From: Rhodospirillales bacterium
GTDB lineage: Bacteria > Pseudomonadota > Alphaproteobacteria > Bin95
Assembly: GCA_038143065.1 (NCBI GenBank)
Contig: JAYQLI010000035.1
Coordinates: 512,001-576,000, forward strand
DNA: 64,000 bases
Reading direction: 5' to 3'
Under the pieces are notes generated by a model, which had not been told where the DNA came from, did not search any database, and saw nothing but the letters and a program-made list of their open reading frames with translations. The position numbers and the translations under genes are program-made. Shown here piece by piece: positions 55,305 through 64,000 of the stretch (position 1 is the stretch's first letter; each line of letters opens with the position of its first letter).

Positions 55305-55528
55305 TACTCAGGCATAAGCATATCAACGATAATTTGGGAGAGTTCTGATAGCGTCCTAATCAAGAAGCCCGCGAAAGCACCTAAAAACAGTCCACCTGGT
55401 ATCCATATCCAATGCCAATGCGCTAACACCACACCGAACAGTAAAAATAGATAAATTCCAAATCCCGCCAAAATCGATAAGGAGCGGCCATACCCAACTA
55501 ATAAACGAACAGATGGATAATTCTGCAA
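55304..55528 (-). CDS. Small two-TM hypothetical protein
   Basis: 74 aa, two hydrophobic helices, tightly packed between operon genes. Confidence 0.65.
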   Translation of the reverse strand: MQNYPSVRLLVGYGRSLSILAGFGIYLFLLFGVVLAHWHWIWIPGGLFLGAFAGFLIRTLSELSQIIVDMLMPE

Positions 55529-55533
55529 GATCT

Positions 55534-56490
55534 TTATCTCCTCAGGAGTTGGTTAAATTCTTTATCCCGGCGGGCTTCATTGATTTGATTAACAACGCAC
55601 TTTTTAAAATCTGCTAATTTATAATCGTAAGTGCTTTCGAAGCGATGACTGTCTATATTTAACACTGATTTATAATGCGCCGCATCTTGAGAAAATGTTA
55701 TCTCGGCTCCAGGAATTTCTGATTGAATAGCAGCCACAGCGTCCCCAACAGTTATGAGATAATTAGGCAGGCAAAATATTGGTTGTTGAACTTTATCGGC
55801 AAGGCAGGCTTTGACTAAGCAATCTGCAGCATCATCTACATAGATGATTGCTGCTGCTTGATCAGATGCAACATCAGAAACGGTTGGCCGGCCTACAGCT
55901 GCTTCTGAAATAATTCTTGAAATTGCGCTGCTTCTCCCAGTTGTACGTCCATGACCAAATATGGCGGGAATGCGAAGCCCACATGTCACTAATCCAGAAT
56001 TCTTATTGTAAGAGTTTGCAGTCTCCTCATTAATTAATTTTGCATAACCATAAAGAGAATAGGGCTTACGCAAAGAGAACTCATCAACTGTATTGTTTCT
56101 GCCATATTCAATTTGATCATCAAAAACGGCTATAGAACTCGCGTAAATAACGCGTTTTACGTCCGCTACACTCGCTGCTTCAAACACATTTGCTGATCCT
56201 TGAATATTTACCGAAAAACCAAACGCCGGTTTATTCTCAGATATGGGTGCTAACACTGCTGCGAGATGGATTACGCATTCAATGGGAAGAGACTTTAACA
56301 ATTCAACTAAGCGCTCAGAATCACGAATATCACACTGAATGATTTTGAGTTTATTACAATTTTCCAAGTCAGCCAGGCGCCTTTGGTTCGATGCCGTATC
56401 TAGAGAAACTACAGTTTTCCCAATAGCAAGAAGCTTCCTTACGACACGAGAACCAAGAAGGCCCCCGCCGCCAGTAACCAAGATCATCAT
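55534..56490 (-). CDS. NAD-dependent epimerase/dehydratase (extended SDR)
   Basis: VTGGGGLLG, IHLAA, ASSIAV, YGYAK. Confidence 0.9.
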   Translation of the reverse strand: MMILVTGGGGLLGSRVVRKLLAIGKTVVSLDTASNQRRLADLENCNKLKIIQCDIRDSERLVELLKSLPIECVIHLAAVLAPISENKPAFGFSVNIQGSANVFEAASVADVKRVIYASSIAVFDDQIEYGRNNTVDEFSLRKPYSLYGYAKLINEETANSYNKNSGLVTCGLRIPAIFGHGRTTGRSSAISRIISEAAVGRPTVSDVASDQAAAIIYVDDAADCLVKACLADKVQQPIFCLPNYLITVGDAVAAIQSEIPGAEITFSQDAAHYKSVLNIDSHRFESTYDYKLADFKKCVVNQINEARRDKEFNQLLRR

Positions 56491-56496
56491 ATTTTT

Positions 56497-57528
56497 TTAT
56501 GCAAATTCCGGCATAACCTCTTCTGCAAAAAGTTTCATAGAAGACATCACCTTCTCTTGAGGCAGATCTCCAAACCAAAAATTGGCATTAAAGTGATCAA
56601 TTTTCATTGCATCTTGAAGTTCGTGTAATTGCTCAACACAACGTTCGGGGGTGCCCATAATAAAATAACGTTCTAATAAATCTTTGTCAGAAGGTTCGGT
56701 GTCGAAAGGTACAGCGATAGCTTTACCTTCTTCTACACGCTCAAGTCCTTGGCGCAGGCTTAAGGTAACGCGCATATTCCATCGTGCTTGCTCCACAGCA
56801 TAGGCAAGTTCGTTTTCATCTCTCGTGACGTAAACAGGTCTTTGAGTAGAAATACGCATCTTTTGTTTAGTAGGTGCGGGAATGTCTAACTCATCATATG
56901 CGGTGCGAAAGTCTCTTAAGCGCTCGACTGGTATTCCAAACCCACCGGTAACCAGGTTAAAGCCGCGTTTGGCTGTTGCCTCTACAGACTCCATACTTTG
57001 CCCGACAACCCAAATAGGTGGGTGCGGATCTTGGACTGGTAAAGGAAACACGCTCGTTTCATCGAATTTGAAATGCTCACCTTCATAACTAAATGGTTTT
57101 CCTTTGAATGCAGCGAGCATTATGTCGACAGCCTCTTCAAACCTAGGTCGACTGTCCTCTAAAGGGATACCATATCGTTCAAACTCATATGTCTGATAGC
57201 CGCGTCCAAGGCCAACGTCTAACCGACCGCCACTAAGCATGTCTGCTGTTGCAATCTCTTCTGCAACCGTAAGAGGGTGATGTAAGGGTAAAACAACAAC
57301 AGCGGATCCAACCCGAATACGCTTGGTTTGGCTCGCTAAATGCGTGGCAAACATCAGCGGCCGAGATAGATAACCGTATGATGAGAAGTGATGCTCAGCA
57401 CACCAAATGCTGTCAAAATTCAGACGGTCAGCTTCTTTTGCAATTTCAACAGCTCTGCCAAAGACTTCCTGTGGTGGACGTACAGTTGGGGATTGGAGCA
57501 AGAAGAAAATACCAAAATCCATGATCAT
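56497..57528 (-). CDS. LLM-class (luciferase-like) flavin-dependent oxidoreductase
   Basis: WCAEHHFS, LPLHHPLTVAEEIATADMLSGGRLDVGLGRGY, PVQDPHPPIW, LFAEEVMP. Confidence 0.93.
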   Translation of the reverse strand: MIMDFGIFFLLQSPTVRPPQEVFGRAVEIAKEADRLNFDSIWCAEHHFSSYGYLSRPLMFATHLASQTKRIRVGSAVVVLPLHHPLTVAEEIATADMLSGGRLDVGLGRGYQTYEFERYGIPLEDSRPRFEEAVDIMLAAFKGKPFSYEGEHFKFDETSVFPLPVQDPHPPIWVVGQSMESVEATAKRGFNLVTGGFGIPVERLRDFRTAYDELDIPAPTKQKMRISTQRPVYVTRDENELAYAVEQARWNMRVTLSLRQGLERVEEGKAIAVPFDTEPSDKDLLERYFIMGTPERCVEQLHELQDAMKIDHFNANFWFGDLPQEKVMSSMKLFAEEVMPEFA

Positions 57529-57630
57529 TCCTCAGAAAGAGTAAATAAGTTAGAGTGAGTATGCTGGCCCAACTGGACCAGAACCTGCAAGCGTACGCGT
57601 TAAAATTTTTTAAAAAAGAAGGATTAAATT

Positions 57631-57963
57631 ATGCTCGCAGTATGGGTGAAAGTCCGAATTAAACCTGAAAAGAGGAAAGAGTTTTTAGCTGCTATTGAAG
57701 TAGATGCTATCGGTTCTGAGCGAGATGAACCTGGGTGCGCACGCTTTAATGTTCTTCAAGATGTATCTAACGAAAACATTTATTACTTTTACGAAGTGTA
57801 TAGAGACGAAGCTGCAAGAGCGGAACATCGTGCAGCACCTCATTACCAAATTTGGAAAGCAGCTGCGCACACTTTAGATGGACCAACAGAAAGAATAGAA
57901 ACTAGGTCGGTTTTCCCATCAGATCCTAAATATTGGTTTAAAGAAAATGGAGATGCATCATGA
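57631..57963 (+). CDS. Antibiotic-biosynthesis/quinol monooxygenase (LsrG-like) protein
   Basis: EPGCARFNVLQD, FYEVYRDE...HRAAPHY..W. Confidence 0.88.
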   Translation: MLAVWVKVRIKPEKRKEFLAAIEVDAIGSERDEPGCARFNVLQDVSNENIYYFYEVYRDEAARAEHRAAPHYQIWKAAAHTLDGPTERIETRSVFPSDPKYWFKENGDAS

Positions 57964-58903
57964 CACTTGCAGTAGGCTTAAAAACTCATGGTGGTCCAGA
58001 AGTACTTCAAATTGTGGATGTGCCTTCTGAACCACTTGGACCAGGCAAGGTGCGTTTGAGGGTACATGCTGCTGCTGTAAATCCCACAGACGTCATGGCA
58101 CGTAATGGATCACGTGCAGACCAACAAAAATTAGATCCTCCCCCATATGTACCCGGCATGGATGCCGCAGGAATAGTAGAGGAAGTTGGTGAAGGTGTAA
58201 CACTTCCGATCAAACCTGGGGACCTTGTTATGGCAATGGTGGTTCCCAAAGCTCAGCATGGCGCTTACAGGGAAGAAATTGTTCTTGATCAACGGGCAAT
58301 TGTTCCCCAGCCGAAGAACGTAACCCATGCAGAAGCAGCTAGCTTGCCAATGAATTCGCTAACTGCACAGTTATCATTAGATTTGATGGACTTAAAAGCA
58401 GGGCAAACAATCTGTGTCACTGGCGCTCCTGGGGCCTACGGTGGTTACGTCGTTCAATTAGCTAAACATGCAGGACTAACGGTCTTAGCGGATGCCTCTG
58501 AGGCCGATGAAGCTTTAGTAAAAAGTCTTGGCGCGGACGTAATTGTCAGAAGAGGTGAGGGGTTTGCATCCCGAGTTCGCACAGTTTGTCCTGAGGGAGT
58601 AGATGGACTTGCCGATGGGGCTCTTTTAAACGAGTTGGCAATACCAGCGGTGCGAGACGGGGAAAATTTACTGCGATCCGAGGCTACGCTGGCAATGGGG
58701 AACGGGGCATTAATTTTTCTCAAACGTTTGTCCGTAACTATGACTGCGAATGGGAAAAACTGGATCGTTTGCGTCAGTTAACTGAAGACGGCGTTTTAAC
58801 GCTGCGTGTTGCTGATGAAGTACACCCAGACAAAGCTGGTGCGGCTCATGCGAGACTTGAGGCTGGCGGCACCCGTGGCAGGTTAATCATTAAGTTTAGT
58901 TAG
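57960..58903 (+). CDS. NADPH:quinone oxidoreductase (MDR family); indel near 58662
   Basis: GGPEVL, AAVNPTD, PYVPGMDAAG, GAYRE, AASLP; shifted tail AHARLEAGGTRGRLII. Confidence 0.9.
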
Positions 58904-58940
58904 TACTCATATTTTATCCTTTACAAGGTTCAGGGGTTAT

Positions 58941-58980
58941 CTTAATTTCCGAATTCCGAATTCTGAATTCATAAATTAAG
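58941..58980. promoter_or_regulatory. 40-bp near-palindromic operator with three GAATTC units, upstream of GntR gene
   Basis: CTTAATTTcc-GAATTC-c-GAATTC-t-GAATTC-atAAATTAAG, ending 14 bp before the GntR start. Confidence 0.7.
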
Positions 58981-58994
58981 ATGAGGTAGTACTG

Positions 58995-59678
58995 GTGCTT
59001 AAAATTGAGCCGAAGCCAGACCTGGTGGCACAAACTCGTGCAGCAATTAGGGGTGCGATAATTGCGGGGGAGTTGCCACCTCGCTCTCCCTTAGCGCAGG
59101 AAGACCTTGCTTCTAAATTCGGGGTAAGCCGACAACCAATAAGTCATGCGCTGGTGATGCTCAAACAAGAAGGGCTTGTGGTTGATCGTGGGCGCAAAGG
59201 ACAAATGGTAGCGCCAATCGATCCCGAAAAATTATTGGCATTGTATCGAGTGCGGGGAGCATTAGATCGCCTGGCAGCAAGACTAGCAACCACCAATGTG
59301 CATAAAAGTTCCTCTGGATTATTAGAGATTGTTGACCGTGGAACAGACGCTCTGAACAAGAGAAGTGTAGAGGCTTTAGTTAGCGCTGATATCGCATTTC
59401 ATTCTGCCTTGTATGAGTTGTCAGGCAATAATGAGATCACCATCACCGCAGAGAATTTCTGGCCACACATCGCCCGATCAATGCGAGTGGTTTTAGAAGA
59501 CAAAGATCAATGGCCAAGAATTTGGGACGAACATAGAGCTATTGCCCAGGCCATCGAAGACGGGAATATCGAGAAAGCGGGCGATCTCGCCACCGATCAT
59601 GCTGAGAACAGCGGTGAGGCTACCTATCAGCGTCTTTTATCCGAGCAGTTACATTTTCAAAAGCAAGCTAACCAATAA
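58995..59678 (+). CDS. GntR family regulator (FadR/VanR subfamily, FCD domain)
   Basis: wHTH LASKFGVSRQPI..AL; FCD motifs D.AFH..LY..SGN, EH.AI..AI, H. Confidence 0.93.
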   Translation: MLKIEPKPDLVAQTRAAIRGAIIAGELPPRSPLAQEDLASKFGVSRQPISHALVMLKQEGLVVDRGRKGQMVAPIDPEKLLALYRVRGALDRLAARLATTNVHKSSSGLLEIVDRGTDALNKRSVEALVSADIAFHSALYELSGNNEITITAENFWPHIARSMRVVLEDKDQWPRIWDEHRAIAQAIEDGNIEKAGDLATDHAENSGEATYQRLLSEQLHFQKQANQ

Positions 59679-59697
59679 TTGAGTAAGGGGGGTCATT

Positions 59698-60498
59698 ATG
59701 AAACTAAAAGCAGATCAACTGAAGGAATTTGACGAGAAAGGCTATTTATTCTTTCCAGGAAAGTTCACTTCAGAAGAGGCAGCGCTTTTAAAGCAAGCGT
59801 CGGAAGATATTTTTGCGATGGACAGGAAAGAGGTGTGGCGCGAAAAGTCTGGCGTGGCCCGCACCGCGTTTGCCGCGCATACGTATAATGAACCATTTCG
59901 CCAGCTTGGCGCACATCCCCGTTTAATTGACCCAGTCGAGCAGCTACTGGACGGCAAACTTTACATGCATCAATACAAAGTAAATGCAAAAGCTGCGTTC
60001 GACGGTGAAGTATGGCAATGGCATCAGGACTATGGAACATGGGCTAGAGATGATGGAATGCCAGAGCCTCGGGCAATGAACATTGCAGTATTTCTTGATG
60101 ACGTTACAGCTGCAAATGGTCCATTATTATTTATTCCAGGCAGCCATAAGCTTGGAGTAGTTGAAGCTGGGCATGACTTAGAAACAACAAGTTATCCGCT
60201 CTGGACCCTCGATCGTGAGACTGTATTAAAACTTGCCCGAGAGGGCGGTTGTGTCGCTCCAACTGGTCCTGCGGGAAGTGTGCTGATGTTCTCTTCGCTT
60301 CTTGTGCATGCAAGCCCTCCAAACATATCTCCATTTGGTCGGACTATTGTCTACTTGTCACTTTGTGAAGTTGATAATCATATTACGCAATTTAAGCGCG
60401 AAGAATGGATAGCTCATCGTGATTTTACTCCGATCGAAGCGTTATCCGATGATTGTTTGCACGAACTCACGAAAGCGCAAGGTATAGCTGCGGAGTAG
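59698..60498 (+). CDS. Phytanoyl-CoA dioxygenase family Fe(II)/2-oxoglutarate dioxygenase, ectoine-hydroxylase-like but not canonical EctD
   Basis: YMHQYKVNAK, WQWHQDYGTW..DDGMP, NGPLLFIPGSHK, LVHAS..N...R. Confidence 0.88.
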   Translation: MKLKADQLKEFDEKGYLFFPGKFTSEEAALLKQASEDIFAMDRKEVWREKSGVARTAFAAHTYNEPFRQLGAHPRLIDPVEQLLDGKLYMHQYKVNAKAAFDGEVWQWHQDYGTWARDDGMPEPRAMNIAVFLDDVTAANGPLLFIPGSHKLGVVEAGHDLETTSYPLWTLDRETVLKLAREGGCVAPTGPAGSVLMFSSLLVHASPPNISPFGRTIVYLSLCEVDNHITQFKREEWIAHRDFTPIEALSDDCLHELTKAQGIAAE

Positions 60499-60503
60499 AC
60501 TGA

Positions 60504-61823
60504 ATGTTTATCTATCAAGAGTTAGCCGCTCGAGCAGCAGCTTCTAACCCAGTGCGCGTGGGGCTAATCGGGGCCGGTAAGTTTGGCAGTATGTTTCTGT
60601 CTCAAGTACCTACCACACAAGGCTTAGTAGTGGCGCAAATTGCCGACCTCGATCCTGCAAAGGCTCAGGCAGCATGTCGTGGGGTTGGCTGGGATTCTGA
60701 ATTAATTCAGCAAACCACCTTTACCGATGACGCAGAGAAAATGATGCAGTCTGGTGGCATCGATGTGATTGTTGAGGCAACAGGAAACCCAGTGGTGGGG
60801 TTTCATCATGCCCGTGAAGCAATCCGAAATGGTCTACATATTATAATGGTAAATGTAGAAGCTGATGTATTGGTCGGCGGCTTATTGGCAGAAGAGGCAC
60901 GTCGGGCAGGGGTCGTTTATTCTATGGCCTACGGTGATCAGCCGGCGTTAACCTGTGAGCTAGTAGAATGGGCTAGAGCCACAGGTTTTGAAGTTATAGC
61001 AGCTGGAAAGGGAACGAAGTTCTTACCGTCTTACCATGGGTCAACTCCAGATACTGTCTGGGAGCATTACGGCCTTACCAGTGAAGAAGCTGCTGCTGCT
61101 GGCATGAACAGCCAGATGTTTAATAGTTTTCTTGATGGCACAAAGTCTGCGCTTGAAATGGCAGCTATTTCAAACGCTACAGGTCTAAAGCCACCATCCA
61201 ATGGATTATTATTTCCTCCTGCCGGTATGGATGATTTAGCACATGTGCTGCGCCCCACATCCGAAGGCGGTAAACTCGAAAGCAAAGGCATGGTTGAGGT
61301 TGTCTCTTCGTTGGAGCGAGACGGTCGACCAGTTTTCAAAGACCTTCGTTGGGGAGTTTATGTAGTTATAGAAGCCCCAAACGATTATGCAGCTGCTTGT
61401 TTTCGTCAGTACGGGATGAATACGGACGCCTCCGGTCGCTATTCAGCAATGTTTAAACCTTTTCACTTAATTGGCTTGGAACTCAACATTTCCATTCTTT
61501 CGGCCGCACTTCTTAATAAACCAACGGGGACAACTCTTGGTTTTACTGGTGATGTAGTAGCTACTGCTAAGCGGACGTTAAAGGCAGGAGAGGTGTTAGA
61601 CGGTGAAGGTGGGTTTACCGTTTGGGGTAAATTATTTCCCTCTGAAACATCTCTGCAGATTGGAGGGTTGCCGATTGGTCTAGCGCATGGCGTGAAGCTT
61701 AAAAATGATATAGCCGAAGGCGTTTGTGTGCGCTGGGAAGATGTGGATATAGATACTACCGCTGAGGTTGTGTTAGCCCGTTTAAAGATGGAGAATAGTT
61801 GCAGAGCCGCGTTAGCTGCTTAA
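60504..61823 (+). CDS. NAD(P)-dependent oxidoreductase with C-terminal SAF domain (homoserine-dehydrogenase-like Rossmann fold)
   Basis: VGLIGAGKFG, VEATG, MVNVEAD, YGDQP, AAGKG, FLDGTKS, VVATAKR.L..GE.LDGEGG, LPIGLA. Confidence 0.88.
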   Translation: MFIYQELAARAAASNPVRVGLIGAGKFGSMFLSQVPTTQGLVVAQIADLDPAKAQAACRGVGWDSELIQQTTFTDDAEKMMQSGGIDVIVEATGNPVVGFHHAREAIRNGLHIIMVNVEADVLVGGLLAEEARRAGVVYSMAYGDQPALTCELVEWARATGFEVIAAGKGTKFLPSYHGSTPDTVWEHYGLTSEEAAAAGMNSQMFNSFLDGTKSALEMAAISNATGLKPPSNGLLFPPAGMDDLAHVLRPTSEGGKLESKGMVEVVSSLERDGRPVFKDLRWGVYVVIEAPNDYAAACFRQYGMNTDASGRYSAMFKPFHLIGLELNISILSAALLNKPTGTTLGFTGDVVATAKRTLKAGEVLDGEGGFTVWGKLFPSETSLQIGGLPIGLAHGVKLKNDIAEGVCVRWEDVDIDTTAEVVLARLKMENSCRAALAA

Positions 61824-61855
61824 GATCGATGTTTAAAATATCCCGGGGAACTGCC

Positions 61856-62134
61856 TTGAAAAAGTTAATAACCTTATGTTGTGTGTCCTTGGCTTTAACG
61901 GCATGTAGCACGGTTGGAAAAAGTGGGGATGTAGGACTTGTTGCCGGCCAAATAACTGAAGATTCAAACGCTGATAAGGTTAGCGTTTTCAGCTACGGGG
62001 TAATGTCGTCGGAAGATACCTTAGATGTTGCTCTAAAACATTGCGCAAAGTTTGACAAAAAACCAAAACTGGTTCGCGAAGCTAAATGGTATGATTTCTC
62101 AATGAAGGATCAGTATGATTGCGTAGCAAAATAG
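61856..62134 (+). CDS. Small hypothetical lipoprotein
   Basis: TTG start MKKLITLCCVSLALTAC (lipobox LTAC); two further Cys (KHC...YDC). Confidence 0.7.
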   Translation: MKKLITLCCVSLALTACSTVGKSGDVGLVAGQITEDSNADKVSVFSYGVMSSEDTLDVALKHCAKFDKKPKLVREAKWYDFSMKDQYDCVAK

Positions 62135-62324
62135 TTTCACCGTGAAGCAACTGTACCTAGTTAGGGGGGGCGCACGTGCATTACTGTACTGTCCACCTCG
62201 CTCACACACCTGCAACAATCGGGCTATGCCTACTTAAAGCCATAAATTAAATATCAAGCGGATGACTGCAAGGCTTACGCTCTGACATAGACAAGTCAAT
62301 GGAACCCAAGGGTTAGCTTGAGTC

Positions 62325-62344
62325 TTGACATGATTTGACATGGT
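62325..62344. repeat. Tandem 10-bp direct repeat next to tRNA-Ser 3' end (possible integrase arm-type sites)
   Basis: TTGACATGAT TTGACATGGT, plus a partial copy CTGACATAGA at 62282-62291. Confidence 0.6.
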
Positions 62345-62358
62345 TTCGTGAAGCTTGT

Positions 62359-62448
<90 letters not shown>

Positions 62449-62548
62449 AGCAGCGCCGAACATAGCGATCTTTTCAAAATATGGAAGGTGTTGATTTCAT
62501 CTTTATATCGGTTGAACGATATGTCTTATTTTAAAGTTAAAACATTCC

Positions 62549-63349
62549 TCAGCCGCGTTTTACACTGGCACCACCGTCAACAGGTAATGTCACGCCGGTA
62601 ACAAATTTTGCCTCATCCGAAGCGAGGTATAAAGCTGCGTACGCAACGTCCCAACCGGTGCCCATTTTCGCCCCTAGTGGTACTCGGGCGTTGCGTTCTT
62701 CCACTACCTCTTCCCTTCTTTTTTGCCATTCACGAGCCCTCGTATCTACTGCCATTGGTGTATCCATAAGACCAGGTAGTATTACGTTTGCTCGCACTCC
62801 AAAAGCTGCATTCTGATATGCAAGCTGCTCTGTAAAGGCGACCACTCCAGCTTTTGACGCTTTGTAAGCAACATATGGATACATATCCAAAACTGCCATC
62901 GATGATATATTGACTATGGAACCAGTTTTCCGCTGCCGCATACCTGGAAGCACATGCTTAACGGTCATAACCATTCCTCTTAAATTTATGGCAAAGACGT
63001 TGTCGAATGCCTCTTCAGTAAAGGTTTCAATAACACTGTCCCCTCCAGCTATCGAAACGCCCACGTTATTGTGAAGTATATCAATTCCACCCATTTGTGC
63101 CTGTGCGGCACGAACAACCTCCTCAATTTCTCGCTCAATGGTGATATCAGCAGCATATGCAGTGGCCTTACCTCCTTCAGCCCGCACAATTTCTGCGGTT
63201 TCCTCAGCGGCTTCAAGGGTGCGATCAACACAGGCTATTTCAGCTCCCTCTCGCGAGAATAACAAGCATACAGCTCGGCCATTCCCAACAGTTTCTCCGG
63301 GTGATTGTCCAGCTCCAACAATCATCGCAGTCTTATTCTTTAATCGCAT
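62549..63349 (-). CDS. Short-chain dehydrogenase/reductase
   Basis: VGAGQ....GNG, HNNVG, YKASK, ILPGLMDTP, GWDVAYAALYLASDEA. Confidence 0.92.
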   Translation of the reverse strand: MRLKNKTAMIVGAGQSPGETVGNGRAVCLLFSREGAEIACVDRTLEAAEETAEIVRAEGGKATAYAADITIEREIEEVVRAAQAQMGGIDILHNNVGVSIAGGDSVIETFTEEAFDNVFAINLRGMVMTVKHVLPGMRQRKTGSIVNISSMAVLDMYPYVAYKASKAGVVAFTEQLAYQNAAFGVRANVILPGLMDTPMAVDTRAREWQKRREEVVEERNARVPLGAKMGTGWDVAYAALYLASDEAKFVTGVTLPVDGGASVKRG

Positions 63350-63631
63350 AGAAATTCTCCCAGAGAGTTAATGATTCATAATCATTTCAATGCCATGGTG
63401 AAAGCAAATCCTCCCTTTAATCAAGGCGTGGTCTTTCAACAATGTTAATGCCAACAAAAAAGAAAATATGGTTTTGTGTGCAGTTGTTTTCAGGGGAGGA
63501 AGGATAGAGCATTTATCTCAGACAAGATTACTAATTTCAGACAGCGGTAAGATGGACGTATAGTATGAGTTCTAGATTCACGAATTTTGCTGAGAGGCAT
63601 AACAACTTACATTGCTTCTATTGGGGAAGGT

Positions 63632-64000
63632 ATGGTTACCATTCGTATTCTTTTCTTATTTCTAGCCGTCATAGCTTTAGGAATGTCACCTGTATCCGCT
63701 CAGGATTCCACGAAGCCTTCTAACGAGATACCAAGTAACAAGACATTAGAATTTAACAAGTGGCTTGAGGAGCTGCGCGAAGAAGCGCGATCGAAAGGAA
63801 TTTCCGAAGGTGTAATCCAGACTGCTCTCTCGGATATAAAGCCTGTTGCAAGAATACTCGAACGCGATCGTAAGCAGTCTGAATTCACCATAGATCTCGC
63901 TAAATATCGTAGTCGAGTTATCACAGAAGCAAATGTAAAGGCTGGTATTTCTAAGCGCGAATTACACAAGGAGCTGCTAAAGAAGGTGGCTTCGAAATAC
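63632..64000 (+). CDS. Lytic murein transglycosylase (MltB/SLT_2 family), N-terminal part; truncated by window end
   Basis: Manual translation: signal peptide, FNKWLEELREEARSKGIS, ILERDRKQSEFT..Y..RV, ELLKKVASKY. Confidence 0.85.
   Translation, partial: MVTIRILFLFLAVIALGMSPVSAQDSTKPSNEIPSNKTLEFNKWLEELREEARSKGISEGVIQTALSDIKPVARILERDRKQSEFTIDLAKYRSRVITEANVKAGISKRELHKELLKKVASKY

Noticed and set aside
59698-60498. Calling the dioxygenase ectD
   Set aside because: Signature deviates (HQDYGTW versus HSDFETW) and no ect genes are adjacent

Overview
Chromosomal segment of a free-living alphaproteobacterium. Gene content and order (yfgM-bamB-der, proS-lolE-lolD, metK-trmB, contiguous ccmA-I, rluD-rpoH, TRAP transporter) suggest a marine Rhodospirillales-like lineage; this is inference. 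There are about 70 genes, tRNA-Gly(GCC) and tRNA-Ser(TGA), and no CRISPR array, rRNA, transposase or integrase. The sequence carries many single-base indels, often in homopolymers and including in essential genes, so most split or fused ORFs in the track are probably long-read consensus errors; I merged or split them accordingly and the boundaries of those genes are approximate. Points of most interest: (1) a photo-oxidative-stress block at the 3' side of tRNA-Gly (Fe-S cryptochrome/photolyase plus a furan-fatty-acid-type cluster behind an ECF11-type promoter), whose probable sigma factor lies 28 kb away with no adjacent chrR and an in-frame TAA; (2) an uncharacterised GntR / EctD-like dioxygenase / SAF-domain oxidoreductase operon preceded by a 40-bp palindrome with three GAATTC units; (3) a tight five-gene flavoenzyme operon of unknown substrate; (4) an oxidoreductase-SelD fusion; (5) a VWA plus membrane J-protein pair; (6) a probable integration scar at tRNA-Ser; (7) a structured dctP leader. 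All family names come from motif recognition, not database searches.
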